Assembly: GCA_036172245.1 (NCBI GenBank)
Contig: JAYWIR010000059.1
Location: forward strand, 620,001 to 684,000
Source: Raillietiella orientalis
Lineage: Eukaryota
Reading direction: 5' to 3'
Length of the DNA: 64,000 nt
In this document: in pieces, positions 36,830-47,849 of the stretch
How the letters are laid out: the number at the start of each line of letters is the position of its first letter
Numbering within the stretch: position 1 is the first letter of the stretch
Notes under the pieces: model-generated
Database searches by the model: none
What the model saw: the letters and a program-made list of their open reading frames with translations, nothing else
What the model was told of the DNA's origin: nothing
Program-made: the position numbers and the translations under genes

Positions 36830-38505
36830 CGTACCGTGAAGCTGGCTGTTACCAGAGTGTCTGGAAGTGCGCTGTTCTCTTCGAGGAGCTCCCTGCAGAG
36901 AAAATTCGGAAGGAATCCTTCGAGGTTTTCTTCGGAGGAGGAAATAAGGAGCAGATCATTTCCGGGAGGTCCCTCAGGAAAAGAAATAATGGAGCGACCC
37001 CCTCCGAGGGTCCCTCTGGAGAGAATAAGGAGGTTCCTTTCGGGGTTTCTTTTGGAGGCAGCCAGGATGTCCTACTTCTTCTCTGTCACGTCCCCCAGAG
37101 AGGCAAAAAAGCGGAAGAAGGACCCCCTGAGAATCGCCATGTGGAGCAATGGGAGGTCCCGAGTCCAGCAGAAGAACTTGTGTGCTCCGCACCTGGACGG
37201 GGGTCTCGGCCTCCTGACGTTGGACCAATAGAGATTCATCTGCGATGGCGGGCGATGGCCTCCACAACGAACTGTCGGAACATCCCCTGGTGCGTTCTGG
37301 CACGCCTCCTTGCCAGCCGTGCGTTCTGTACGGAGGGACTCGCGTCCTACCTTCTGTGCTCCGGCCGAAAGGTGAAAAGATGCGGTCTCCTCCTCGGTCG
37401 CATGGCCACCTTGGGAAAGGAGAGCAATCTGGATGGCCTGTTACTCCGCTAATTCTAGCGCCTGGCCAGAGGAAAGTGTTGGCACTCGGACGAAGACAAA
37501 CGAGCCCGGCTCGGAACCACCTGCGACTCGGCGTCCACTCCCTCTGCTCTCTGCGGAAGATCCTAGAGAGTCTCAGCATGAGCACGTGGGAGGAGTCGCG
37601 CCTCTCTTGCCGCGGCGCTGCCCTCCCTAAGGGAGCCTAATGGCAGTAGCCAACCGGCGAAGTGGGGAGTCTTCTGCGAGATCGAAGGCAGGAACAAGGA
37701 AATGAGTGTTTGATCCGTGGGGCAGCTGACTGCCGCTGTGATCCCAAGTGCCCTTTCACGTGAACTTGCACGCTGGAACAAGCTGCTCGGTATTCTCAAC
37801 GAAGACCTGAAGTGGCACCCAGAGTTCGTGAACAGCAGCACCCTCCCCTGAAATAGTAGGAGTGTGCACTTCTGCTGTTGCACTGGGGTCTTTCCTGAAA
37901 CTCTCCCACCGACATCATTGGACACTGGAGAGTGTGACACTGGATTGCTACAGGTGCGAAGAACGAGAGTCCCTCGTGTACCTGCTTGTGTACTTTGTTG
38001 CCTTCCGGCTTCTATGGGAATGTTTTGGAACTCTCCAGTTGGCAAGCCCAGGGACGCTGTAAACTCCCCTTCATGCGGGACGCTCACCGCCAGTCGCAGC
38101 ACTAACAGCTCCTTGCTGCATCTGCGGGATTGTGGCAACCTGAAGCAGCGCACAAGGAAAACTCTATCAGAGGAACACCATCGAGTATGCACATCTACGG
38201 ATAGCGGCAATATGGTCCCACCTGGATGCGTTAGGACTGATACCAAGCCGGCATTCTGGAAAGCATGCAGAAAGCGCCCTCCAGAAGACAGTTATCCCTT
38301 CTCGGCCCTCCAGTTTTTTTGTCTTTTGGTTTCATGAACTTTCTTTTATTTTTCTTTTTGTTCTCTCCCTCCCTTCCGCTGCGTGATGAGCCGCACCGAT
38401 CTGCGGAATGGTGACCCGGCAGATCCATGGACAAACTGAGTGTGGTAGGACCATGTATCTCACCACAATCTGTGAGGTTTTTTTGAATTTTAATAAACGC
38501 CTTGG
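36830..38505 (+). mobile_element. L1/Tx1-like LINE 3' half
   Basis: RIAMWSNGRSRVQQKNLCAPHLDGGLGL(PDV) at ~37130-37225; HHWTLESVTLDCYRCEERESLVYLL at ~37915-37990; T-rich UTR, hairpin 38441-38467, AATAAA 38492-38497. Confidence 0.85.
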
Positions 38506-38509
38506 CATG

Positions 38510-41280
38510 TCCGGGTGGAAACCGGAGACAATTAGGGCAGGGGTTCCCTTCAGGGTTCCTTCCCAAGCGTAAGAGGAAAGGACTCCTTCATTGCTGTCTT
38601 TCGGAAGTTATCCGAGTGTCTGACGATGCCTGCGTCATGGTGAAGGTCAAACCTGTTCCTGAGGCTGGAGGGACTCCTACGTGGCATTGCTGCAGCTCGT
38701 GTAACCGAACATGAAGGAAGACAGTCTCTCTGTAAACTGCAAGTGACCGAGCATAGTCAACAAGTGGTTTCTAGAGGAAACGAAATTCAGCGGGCATTGT
38801 GATAAGACGGGGCACCTGGAGAGAATGTGTCCTGAAATTCAATGTTACCTCCGCGAGCAGTTAGGACACACGTAATTAAGGTGCCCAGAAGAGATTGGCC
38901 GAGTTTTTTTCAGGTGGAAATAACAAAACAACAACTACTACTACTACTACGCGTATGGAAAATCCAGAGGGAACCGGGAAACCGAATACCGGGAGGGGAG
39001 GGTTCCGGTAACCCGCAAAACCCGCGGATAGCGCTCGCGACTCCTCGGCTGAGGAAAACAGGATGAGTGCTGAGGATGCCGAGATGTCAGCTGGTGGCAA
39101 ACAAAAAGGTCTGCATGCCACCACGGCGAACAGCAGCGGCCACTGGAGAATTCTTTCGCCAAAGCCGGCGGGAGGCGGTCCACGGGAAGCCTCTGCGAAA
39201 CTCTCGGACCGAACTCTTCGGTTCGTTCCTGGTCATCGGGTTGCTGAACGGAGAAAACCCTCGCAGGCGCCTCCGCGACCTCGCAGGAAGTCGCAAGGGC
39301 GCTTCGCCGCTTCCGGGAGGTTTAGTCAGCCCCCTGATAGGCCCCCGGTAGTAGCAAGGAGCAGATGCAGCTTCCCAGCTTGAGTCATGGTCCCACAGCG
39401 CCGTTCGCACTCTGCCACGCGACTGACCTGCTCTCACAGGTGGTCGCCGAGGAAGACGTGACCGATGCCGTTTCCCGCCTGGGGCACCCGAACCAACAAG
39501 TTGCACCGCATCTTGAAGGCGCATATCCTCTCCAGACACGCTGATGTAAGCTTCCTCGCGAGGTAAGAGGTCGAGGTCCAGGTCTGGCGATCCGGGGACT
39601 CCTGCTTACCGGGCAACATAGGACAGCAGAGATCAGCCTCGGACGACGTACGCTGCCCCCTGAATCGGTTTCTGCTCCTCTCTTCATGAGAGGGAATCCG
39701 TGGAGAGCGACTATTCCCGGAAGCTGCTTCCGGAAACCACTCCTACGTGAGAGACACCTGTACTCAGCGACGCCTTTTCTCTGGAAACGATTCTCACCTC
39801 CAATGGGTAGCTCAAGAGGTGCTCAGCACGGAAGGTGGGAGGACTTTTTCCAGAGCTTCTCTGCAGAGCTGGTGAGCAGCCTCACCACTCTGACACAGAA
39901 GATGAAAGAGGAGTCGTGCTCTTTTCGTTCAGACGAAATACATTCCCCCTCTCCTCCCTCTCCCTCCCCTCCAAAGAAGGAGACTCGTAAAATCTTGTAA
40001 ACCTATGTCCCTTCACTTTGGAGGATGCAGAAGTTGTTGTAGGAACTGCAGGCTACGCTCCTCGGATGAGTGGCAGACTCTCTGGCGAGGGCGCCTGTAG
40101 CACACGAGTCACCGATTCGGAAACAGGGGCATGATTACAGGATGCAGGAGAGGAGCAACAGAGGACGCAAGGAAGGGTCCAGATACCAGATTCTCTTTAG
40201 GGTCTGACAGCCTCATCCGGAGCACAAACGCTTGCGCTCATCTTGTTCGAAGTGGTCACGCCGACCAGCTAGGCCGCCGTCCAATCGCCGAAAAGCTCAA
40301 ATGACCTTGAGTTGTGCATGTTTGCGACCGGCATGCTGGACACGCTCCAAGTTGAGCTTCCTGAATTTTGGCAGCAGGGCAGGAAACATCTCTGTGGAAA
40401 ACTCTTCTCTCTGCCTAATGGCCCAGACTCTTCCGTGAACGGTGATTTGAACAGGAAGTTCTTGTTCGTTGTCGTGCGTTCTGGTGCTTCCATATGAAAA
40501 AAGGTTCGCCGTCTCCATTTCCGGGAATGACTCTTCCAAGTGATGAAACCCCCGAAGGTCCCCAGCGGAAACCCATGGAACCACCATACTGCACGTGTTT
40601 GAAATTTGGCGCTTCCGCGAGCTCCTGTACGTCGAGTGAAGTCTGGGTTCAGGTGGAATTCAGGAAGAAGGGGAACCTACGACTGCGAGGATCACAGTGT
40701 TTGGACTGGTGGCCACCATTTTGGAGGATGATCGCCTCCGTTTGCCGCTGCTCCTCCAGAGTTGTTCCGAAAGGTGACGAAGAAAGGCAGAATCGTCTTT
40801 ACATGGGTTGACGAATTAAAGATGATGGCTTGGGAACGAAGGATAAAAGGAGAATCAAAAATTCAGGAACATGAAGCAAGGAGCTTATGGGTGTCACAGG
40901 ATGAGTTCTTCGTTCCCACCCCTTGCTCTGGAATTCCTGAATCTCTCCCTTGATGGTCTATTAACTGGATCCCACTGGAGATTAGTAGCAGCAGACGATC
41001 CGAGGAAACTCCCACATCGAAGTTCCTTAATCCGGTTCCCATGGGTCTTCCCATGCTCCGAAAGATCGATGTTCGGCGTTTTCTGTGAAAATGGCGCAAA
41101 AGCACTGAGGATGTGACAGCAAGATGTGGCCATCATTGGCAGCACAGAAGTTGCAAGGTGGCGTTTCTAGACAGACAGGGAGATGAGAACGCAAATGGAA
41201 TTCAGTAACCAATCGCTAAGTTGGAGAATGGTTACTTCCTGGAGCTTCCGGCTTTCCCGTTGCATCCCGACTACAGTTTC
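38510..41280 (+). mobile_element. Tx1-like LINE relic with multi-CCHC ORF1 and deleted ORF2
   Basis: Knuckles SGHCDKTGHLERMC (38789-38830) and CYLREQLGHT*LRC (38843-38884), plus an eroded third upstream; NGPDSSVNGDLNRKF (~PGPDG...EFY+.F), RLRGSQCL..PF, QKLQGGV. Confidence 0.7.
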
Positions 41281-41339
41281 ATCTCTTCACCTTCCCGTCA
41301 GACTGTAACCACCAGATCGATCTCCTACCGATGCTCCAC

Positions 41340-41600
41340 CGATAACGCTCATCGCTGGATTCCAAAAAGGATGCTTTTCAATCCATGGTAACTGCTCAAT
41401 GTAAGCATGGTTGCTTTTACGAAACGAAATAGACTTCCTGTCTTTGGACCTGCTGGGACTCTCTGTAGCAAATACAGAAATTGGTATATCTGATGAAAAT
41501 TTAATAGTGAATGGTGAGAAAAAAACGTGATAATTAGTCGAAATATAATAAGGCTCAACAAAAGGTACTATGGCTCTTTTCACAGGTCATTTAGCATCCA
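41340..41600 (-). pseudogene. PPR relic
   Basis: KDRKSISFRKSNHAYIEQ resembles ++R+++SW..++.AY+++G. Confidence 0.4.
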
Positions 41601-41822
41601 GTCAATATGGAGGAAGATGAAAATATCTAGAATTTAGGATTCTAGGGGGAAAAAGCGCATGGCACATGCAGCTAGTTTTAATCTTCAATAGCGTCATGGA
41701 GGTGGTCTTAAAAGATCAAAATTTACAAGGCAGCTTGCAAAATTTTGAGTCACAAGATCCAAACTAAAAACACTGAATCTTTCGTGATGAAAAATGAAGA
41801 GAAAAATTCATGGATAGGCGGC

Positions 41823-42733
41823 TAGAGGTTATCCAGAAACTAGTAAGTCTGGGCATGTTTCCTCCTGAACAAACGCTGCGCATAACAGTATTTGCGAAAG
41901 ATTCAGATGTAAGCAAATTATGCTCCTTCGATGACCTTCTGTTCCCACCGTTCCAGGCAAAAGTTCTTTCTGCAACCCATCTTCTTGGCTTGCTTGGTGC
42001 TTTTGACCCCTGTTCTCTCATTGGTATGAGCTCAAGACTTGGCGTCACCAAGACTGGTGACATTGGACCTTATCGTGTTCCGACCGACCAAATCAATTCA
42101 TCATCCGATATTCCATGCGCTCATCAACCATCCTCCCTCAGAGAGGACCGAATCGATCCTGTCTTCAAATGCCTCGGCGAACCATCTTGCACGTACGAAA
42201 TGTTGGGTGGCGGCTTGGATGAGAAGCCAAGGGTCAACTTATTGTGTTGTCTCGGTAAATTTGACATTGGCTGATAAAGTTTCCTCTCAACACAAAGTCA
42301 TGTTGTGGGATTCCGTGTTTCCCATCGTTATCGTGCGAGTGTCGGAATGAATTGTCTCGTTTGTTTTCCGCCTCCTTCCTCTGTTATGAGGATAATCATC
42401 AAATTTGTGAGGGTAGGCATTCCGGGTTTTGTCAAGGTCGACTGGACGATGTCTTCCGGGATCATTTGTAGCGCAAGTGGTTTAGAGGTTCTAGGGATTC
42501 ATCCTGTTCCCCGGGAGAAAAAGTCACCTACTTCTCTTGAGGACTGATGGAGCGATTGGTCCCAAAAAACTACCCTGAAGATTGCAATCGAAATACATCA
42601 CGATGAATCAGGACGCTGGGGCTCTTTTCGAAAATTTCACGATCAGTTTCCGACTTCCACAGAGTTGACGGTTTTTGCTGCTTGCACGTTGGCACGCTCC
42701 AATGAAAACTATTGAGTTTCCAAACATCGAATA
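41823..42733 (-). mobile_element. Decayed bacterial-type IS5-family (IS1031-like) insertion sequence with transposase pseudogene
   Basis: PRRWVAERTFAWNGGNRRSSKEH (core RRWVAERTFAW at 41953-41985) matches the IS5 C-terminal RWVVERTFAW...RRL.KDYE signature. Upstream collinear eroded motifs: SETDRE, SREV, MIPED..ST, SDTRTI, VK-x7-VD(T)LGLL, PNIS..DG, LIW....GP. Length ~0.9 kb; candidate imperfect IRs at 41823-41841 and 42715-42733. Confidence 0.8.
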
Positions 42734-42879
42734 AAGTCTTCCTCTCCATCACTTTGCCTGCATGATCCGTTCTTCGTTTTCTATCCCTTCGTTCGTGGCA
42801 GCCAAGAAGAACAGCCTACATCTAAATTGCGGTCGCAGTGAACGAAAATCTTCTCTCAAACAGCGCTCATGAAGCACTA

Positions 42880-43830
42880 CAATGAAATTTACATTTGACA
42901 CGCTAGATGCATCTTCTCTCTTCATGTGTTTTCTGTCTTCATTTCCCCTTCTTGAATGTTATTCTGGTCACGTTGCTGTGTACTCCATTAATAACACCAA
43001 ACAGCACATAGAAATCAGCGAGAACCGAAACCTACTAGAAGGAACCTGGACAAGAATATTTCCACATCCCAGCAAGAGGTAGCCAATCCGATTTCCTTTT
43101 CCTGCTCAGCATTGCCAAAGAGAGGGGATTTGCCGAATTCTTGTTTAAGTCTATACCAAAAAAAAAATCGTCCATCGTGATCCGGCCGAAAATGATTCCA
43201 ACGCGGAGTGAGTTTCACGTGTGGAGCACCAAATTCGGCTGATGGACAGCTTACTTGACCTTTAACTGCCCCATCTGCGAGAAAAAGAGATCGCTTTCGA
43301 TGTCAGGGATGCAAATCTGTGACCAATTCGATGACTCTTGACAATGGCACAATCTGTTGTCTGTCAAGAAGGCGTTACTGGATCAAAAATGCATCTTCTT
43401 TGCCAAAAAAAAAATCTTAAATTTTACTCGGAATGCCTCTTTCTAAAAGAAGCTGCTGCCAAGGAAAATCGGAAATCACCGCGATCCAAGAAGTGGCATG
43501 ACCCACAGATCTCGAATAGAGCCGAAGTGAATGGGAAGGTACTGCTCCTGTTATAGAGATAATGTACCTGGATTTCAAGTTCCGAATTTTATTTACCTCG
43601 AGCAAAATGGACCGGTGAAGAGTCGATTTAAATCAACAAAGACGTGCAGATTTCGGGAAATGAGGAGCGGAGACCCCAATTGGGAAGAATTGGGGAGAAT
43701 ACAAACGAAGGAACTTTGAGAAAAATCGCAAGCGCAAGAATGAATGATCCGAATCGACCTAGTAAATCCAAGTTGTTAATGTCAAATTTTGATGATTTAA
43801 CAAAAAAAAAATCATCCGAACCGTGAGAAA
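42880..43830 (+). pseudogene. PLS PPR relic
   Basis: LLECYS, ENRNLLEGTW, NLKFYSECLFLKEA (~L+.+Y++CG.+++A), KWHDPQISNRAEVNG, PGFQVPN, NEGTLRKIASA. Confidence 0.5.
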
Positions 43831-44159
43831 TTATGCCGAAAATGCTGATTCTGAATCCCTGAGCCCAGTCTTCTTGTAATAAAAACTGGATGACAAGAAT
43901 TGAGTTGTTGAAATGGATTGGTTTCCTTTTTTCTATCCCTCCACTACAAAAAAGGAAAAATATACACTTTTATTAGGAGGCTTTTGCCTTGGATTATCCA
44001 ACATCAGAAAAAGTGGATTGCGACGGTTCCTGTAATTAAAGGACACCTAAAATACGTACTCGCAATAAATAGTAACAAAAGTACAACATGACCGAGCAAA
44101 ATTATTTCCAAAGATCATTCAGTCGGTTTACTGAAATTCATCTGAAATTACTGAAAACT

Positions 44160-44850
44160 TGATAATCACACATCCATAGGGCTCGCGGTCAATGTGAAGA
44201 TCTGATTCGGGACCGGCTTTTCGGATGGTTGCTGTGGAGTAAGCAGACGAAGCGCCCCTTTAGCCGAGCAAATCATTTTCCTTGTGAATACGGGTGGATT
44301 AAACCTTTTCAGACGGAGAAACTTTTTTGTTGATTGCTCGATCCCTGCACGTTGATTTCTGCCTTTTTTGATCCTTTCAGCGCTTACAAAGTCCCCGAGA
44401 AACACTGCAGGAGTTATCCGGTCGTTCAATCTGGCACGAATGTTGCCAATAAGACATGCACACATTCTTCCACCGAACCGGAAGTGAGTTCCCTGTGATG
44501 TGTGGCAATCTCCAGACAGCCAGTGACTCCGTAGATCGACTGGTTCCAGGAGTGATTTCGTGGAGTGAACGCGTTGCAAACTTTCCCCGGAGAAAAAGTC
44601 ATGAAATTTCTATTGAAAAGTTCGAAAGGAAATTCCACTTACTAATTCCATCTTCTCGAAAAAGAAAAAAAAAAAAAAGGTTGATCGGAAGCGGAGACAG
44701 TCCGTGAGAATTTCCGCCAAATGATGCTGCAATGAAATGATGATCGTCCCCGATCACACCATGATAGCTGTTTTCTCGACACCGCCAACCAGCACGAATA
44801 CTCCGATTGTATGATGCAGTTTCTTTCTTTCGAAACATCTTTGTCATTCA
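44160..44850 (-). pseudogene. PLS PPR relic
   Basis: KMFRKKETASYNRSIRAG, AGIEQSTKKFLRLKRFNPPVFT, GALRLL...PVPNQIFTLTA. Confidence 0.55.
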
Positions 44851-44939
44851 TCCTAAATGGATGTGAAATGTTCCACCCACCGAGTGTCTCCTTTTTCCTT
44901 AAGAACCGGCTGAGATGGGTGCTTACGGTTCAGCTGTTT

Positions 44940-45990
44940 GCAAAAAGCTGAGTTGTCGATGCTAATGAATATCAGAAATCACAGATCAGCATCGATCCAA
45001 TCGGCGCCGTACCTGAACGCATCAGAAAGCGTACCCTTAGAACACATCTACTCTCACCTACTCCCTGACGACCGCTGGTCGGCCCGCAAACACAAGAGAT
45101 ATCTGGGAACTTCCGTTGCTTTCTTGAGCTTTCCTGAAAATATCCCGGGAAGCTCGTATATTAGTGAGTATAGTCTGAGTGCAAGTGCAGTGTGTACTCG
45201 AGAGTATTCGTAAAGTAACAAGTGTTAATTGAAATCATCACACTCTGGGCAAGTGGCGGTGATAAATCCAGCATCTCTGCTGGTGACTCGAGATTCATCC
45301 TCCGTTTCCGTTTCCTTCCATGGACTTGAGGCGTGTTTTCTCTGTCATCCGCTTACTTCAGATTATAAATTATATCTGCGTTGCTTCCTCTGAAGCCATC
45401 GTGTCCTGATGCTGCTGCACATGCCACGCTCGTGGAGTGACATTCAGCATTCTTGAAGTTCCTCCCAACGTATCAGCATTCGATGCGTGTGTCTTCTTGG
45501 CTTTCTTGTTTGTTTGTTTGTTTTTGCTGAGGATTTCCGCAAAGAAATATACAAAACACAGCTGAAGCAGTAAGCAGACGGTATGCTCCTCCTGAAGAGA
45601 AAAGAAGCACAGGGGGAGATGAAAATTCACTGGCCAATTCATCAAACTCTTTGCTTCCATCTGAGATGTTAAATCTCAGTGCTGAAGGTATTTAAGAAAA
45701 CTGATTATATCTGCTCCTTAAGAGAATTCTTGCTGCTCAAGTGGCGCTGTCAGCCTCAAGGAATTCAGATTTTTCTTAGAGGAATGCAAAGAATCGAGTC
45801 GGTGTTCGAGCAAGTAGTGGGTCACTTGCGGGGAAGATGGAGAACTCTGTCGAGGGAAGAGCGACTAGATTTCCCTCTTATTTTCTCGACTAAATTTCGT
45901 ACCAAAAACAAAAATGTGATCTTAAGTGTCATAATAAGCTTACACCTGAAAATAGGTTGTCCAAGATCACGAGTAAACAATTAATGGTGC
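44940..45990 (+). pseudogene. PLS PPR relic
   Basis: GSSYISEYS, VPPNVSAF, SVLKV...LLLKW, GMQRIESVFEQV-x7-W (F-to-W spacing of 11, as in PPR S motifs), KNKNVILSVIISLHLKIG. Confidence 0.5.
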
Positions 45991-47015
45991 CCAAAATGAA
46001 GTGTCAGTTGACGCTGAAAGCGCCATTGAAGAACTCTGCCCAGCAATCCAGTGAGCAAAATGTTCACCTATGAAACAAACTGGCTTTTAACAAGGGCCGG
46101 TCAGGGAACACTTTTTGAAAGACTATGATCTACTCAGAGACGACATAACAGACTCGAAAGTAGAAGAAAGATCTCACACTCTATTTCGAAGCATTTGACC
46201 GTAAAGGAGAAAGATGACAAAGCCGAGATGAAACCACTCTAAAAGTCAGGATGCCAAAATACACCTCATGTTATGCGATGCCAGATTTGATCTCACGAAA
46301 AGTTTAGAAACAACTACTAAATGAGTCGATCTTTCATCATGTTTTTTTTTTTTTTTTTTCGTAAATGTGTCACCTAAACAGTGATGGCATTTCTTAGTTT
46401 TTCAAATGATCTTCCCAATAAGAAACAAGCAGTCCCATATTGTAAAACGCAAAGCCGCAAAAATGTGGCCACCCAATTCGTTGAACGCTTCAAGTGAGTG
46501 AATGATTGAGCACGGACTCACCTTATGCATGGCGAGTTCTTAAATGGAAGCACACCTACCAAAATCTTCGTTCAGGTTTCCCAATCTAGATGATCATTCT
46601 TTCGCAGTTCAGAGTTTACAGTTTCAGATGTCTGACCTCTTTCATCAAGTACCCTTCAGGTCTTCAAACGAATAATTTCGATCCCTCACAGCCACTTGAC
46701 AGTTCCTTCGGCAAAGCTGAAATGGCACTGACAAAAAAATTCCGTTGGATGTAGAATCGAAAGATCTTCCATTAGATAGTTTTGGTGTTTGTTCTTCAGC
46801 GTTTTGTGCTGCGCGGCTCCGTGAAAATCAAAAGAGAAGTGCAGGTTGTTGCTGAAGGTTGAAGGTTGTAGGGCTGTCTGCGTTTTCCCAGTTGCGGACT
46901 GATGCTGGAAGCTTATCACCTCATTGTCTAGGAAAATCTCAATTCGAGCGAAGTATCCCATCTGGATCCTACTGTAAGTAGCATCCGATAAGAAAATTTT
47001 ACTGGTTCTCTCCCA

Positions 47016-47700
47016 ATGAGCTTACACTGGAAATTTCAGTATGCAAAATGCCATGCCGGGAGCCTCCAGGAACACCACAACAACTTGCTTCCATGCATCT
47101 TTACGTCACGTAGAGATGATTTCCGGCTCAGGAGTCATCACAAAACTCTCCCACTGTTTCGGATTTCTGAAAACAATCCTTCCTTTTACTTGGAACTCAC
47201 ATCGCAACGGAAGTGTTGCAGCTGCAAGTATGCATTGAGGGACTAGAAATGAGCTGAAGCTGAGGAAAATGAGCTTTTTCCTATGGTGAAGGGAAAAAAA
47301 GAATGCCTCTGGAAGAATGATACCTGCTCCTGATGTTTTTCTCGAAGGTTCTAGTCCCAAGAAGATGGATGGATCCTCAAATACTGCGATCAATAATGCT
47401 GGAATCACCTATACAAACTGGGAGATTTTTTCTTCAGCGACTCAACGCCGAAGTGACTTCCCCCGAAGGGACTTTGTGTTGGATTAGCAGGAGTTATGGC
47501 ATGATGGCCATATCTCCTGCTATGGATCTCCTATGACGACCGACCATCGTCGGCTGGTCGAGCTCAACACAGAGCTCGAAGGAAAGTCCATTTCAGAATC
47601 TCCTCGCCAAGTAGGGGTGAGCTTGAGCCTGTGTATTTGCAGCCGTCTGGAACCAGGAGATGCTTCAGCAATTCCACCACCATTTCACCTGGTTGCTCAG
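47016..47700 (+). pseudogene. PLS PPR relic
   Basis: YAKCHAGSLQE at 47040-47072 (~MYAKCGS+++A), TWNS/HRNG, SYGMMAISPAMDLL, ELEGKSISE...SLCICS. Confidence 0.65.
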
Positions 47701-47849
47701 GTTTGTTTCTTTCCCAAAGAAAAGAAAGCAAACAGGCCATGTGGATCCGTAGATCCACAAGTATGTGAAGATCTCGGAAGGAAGAGAGAAAAGCCACCGA
47801 ATCGCAGGTCGACAACACTCGAGAACAGGTTTTTCACCGCCGGAACATC

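Noticed and set aside
43480..43826. Myb/SANT-like partner ORF of a Harbinger element
   Set aside because: Better explained as PPR motifs (FYSECLFLKEA, W..QIS..A..NG).
44940..45990. PIF/Harbinger transposase relic (EQVVGHLRGRWRTL resembles E.AFG.LKGRWR.L; CHARG..SAFDACVF)
   Set aside because: The same text and its flanks fit consecutive PPR L/S/SS/P motifs with correct spacing, and no catalytic DDE residues are convincing. Not fully excluded; comparing DDE_Tnp_4 and PPR profile scores would decide.
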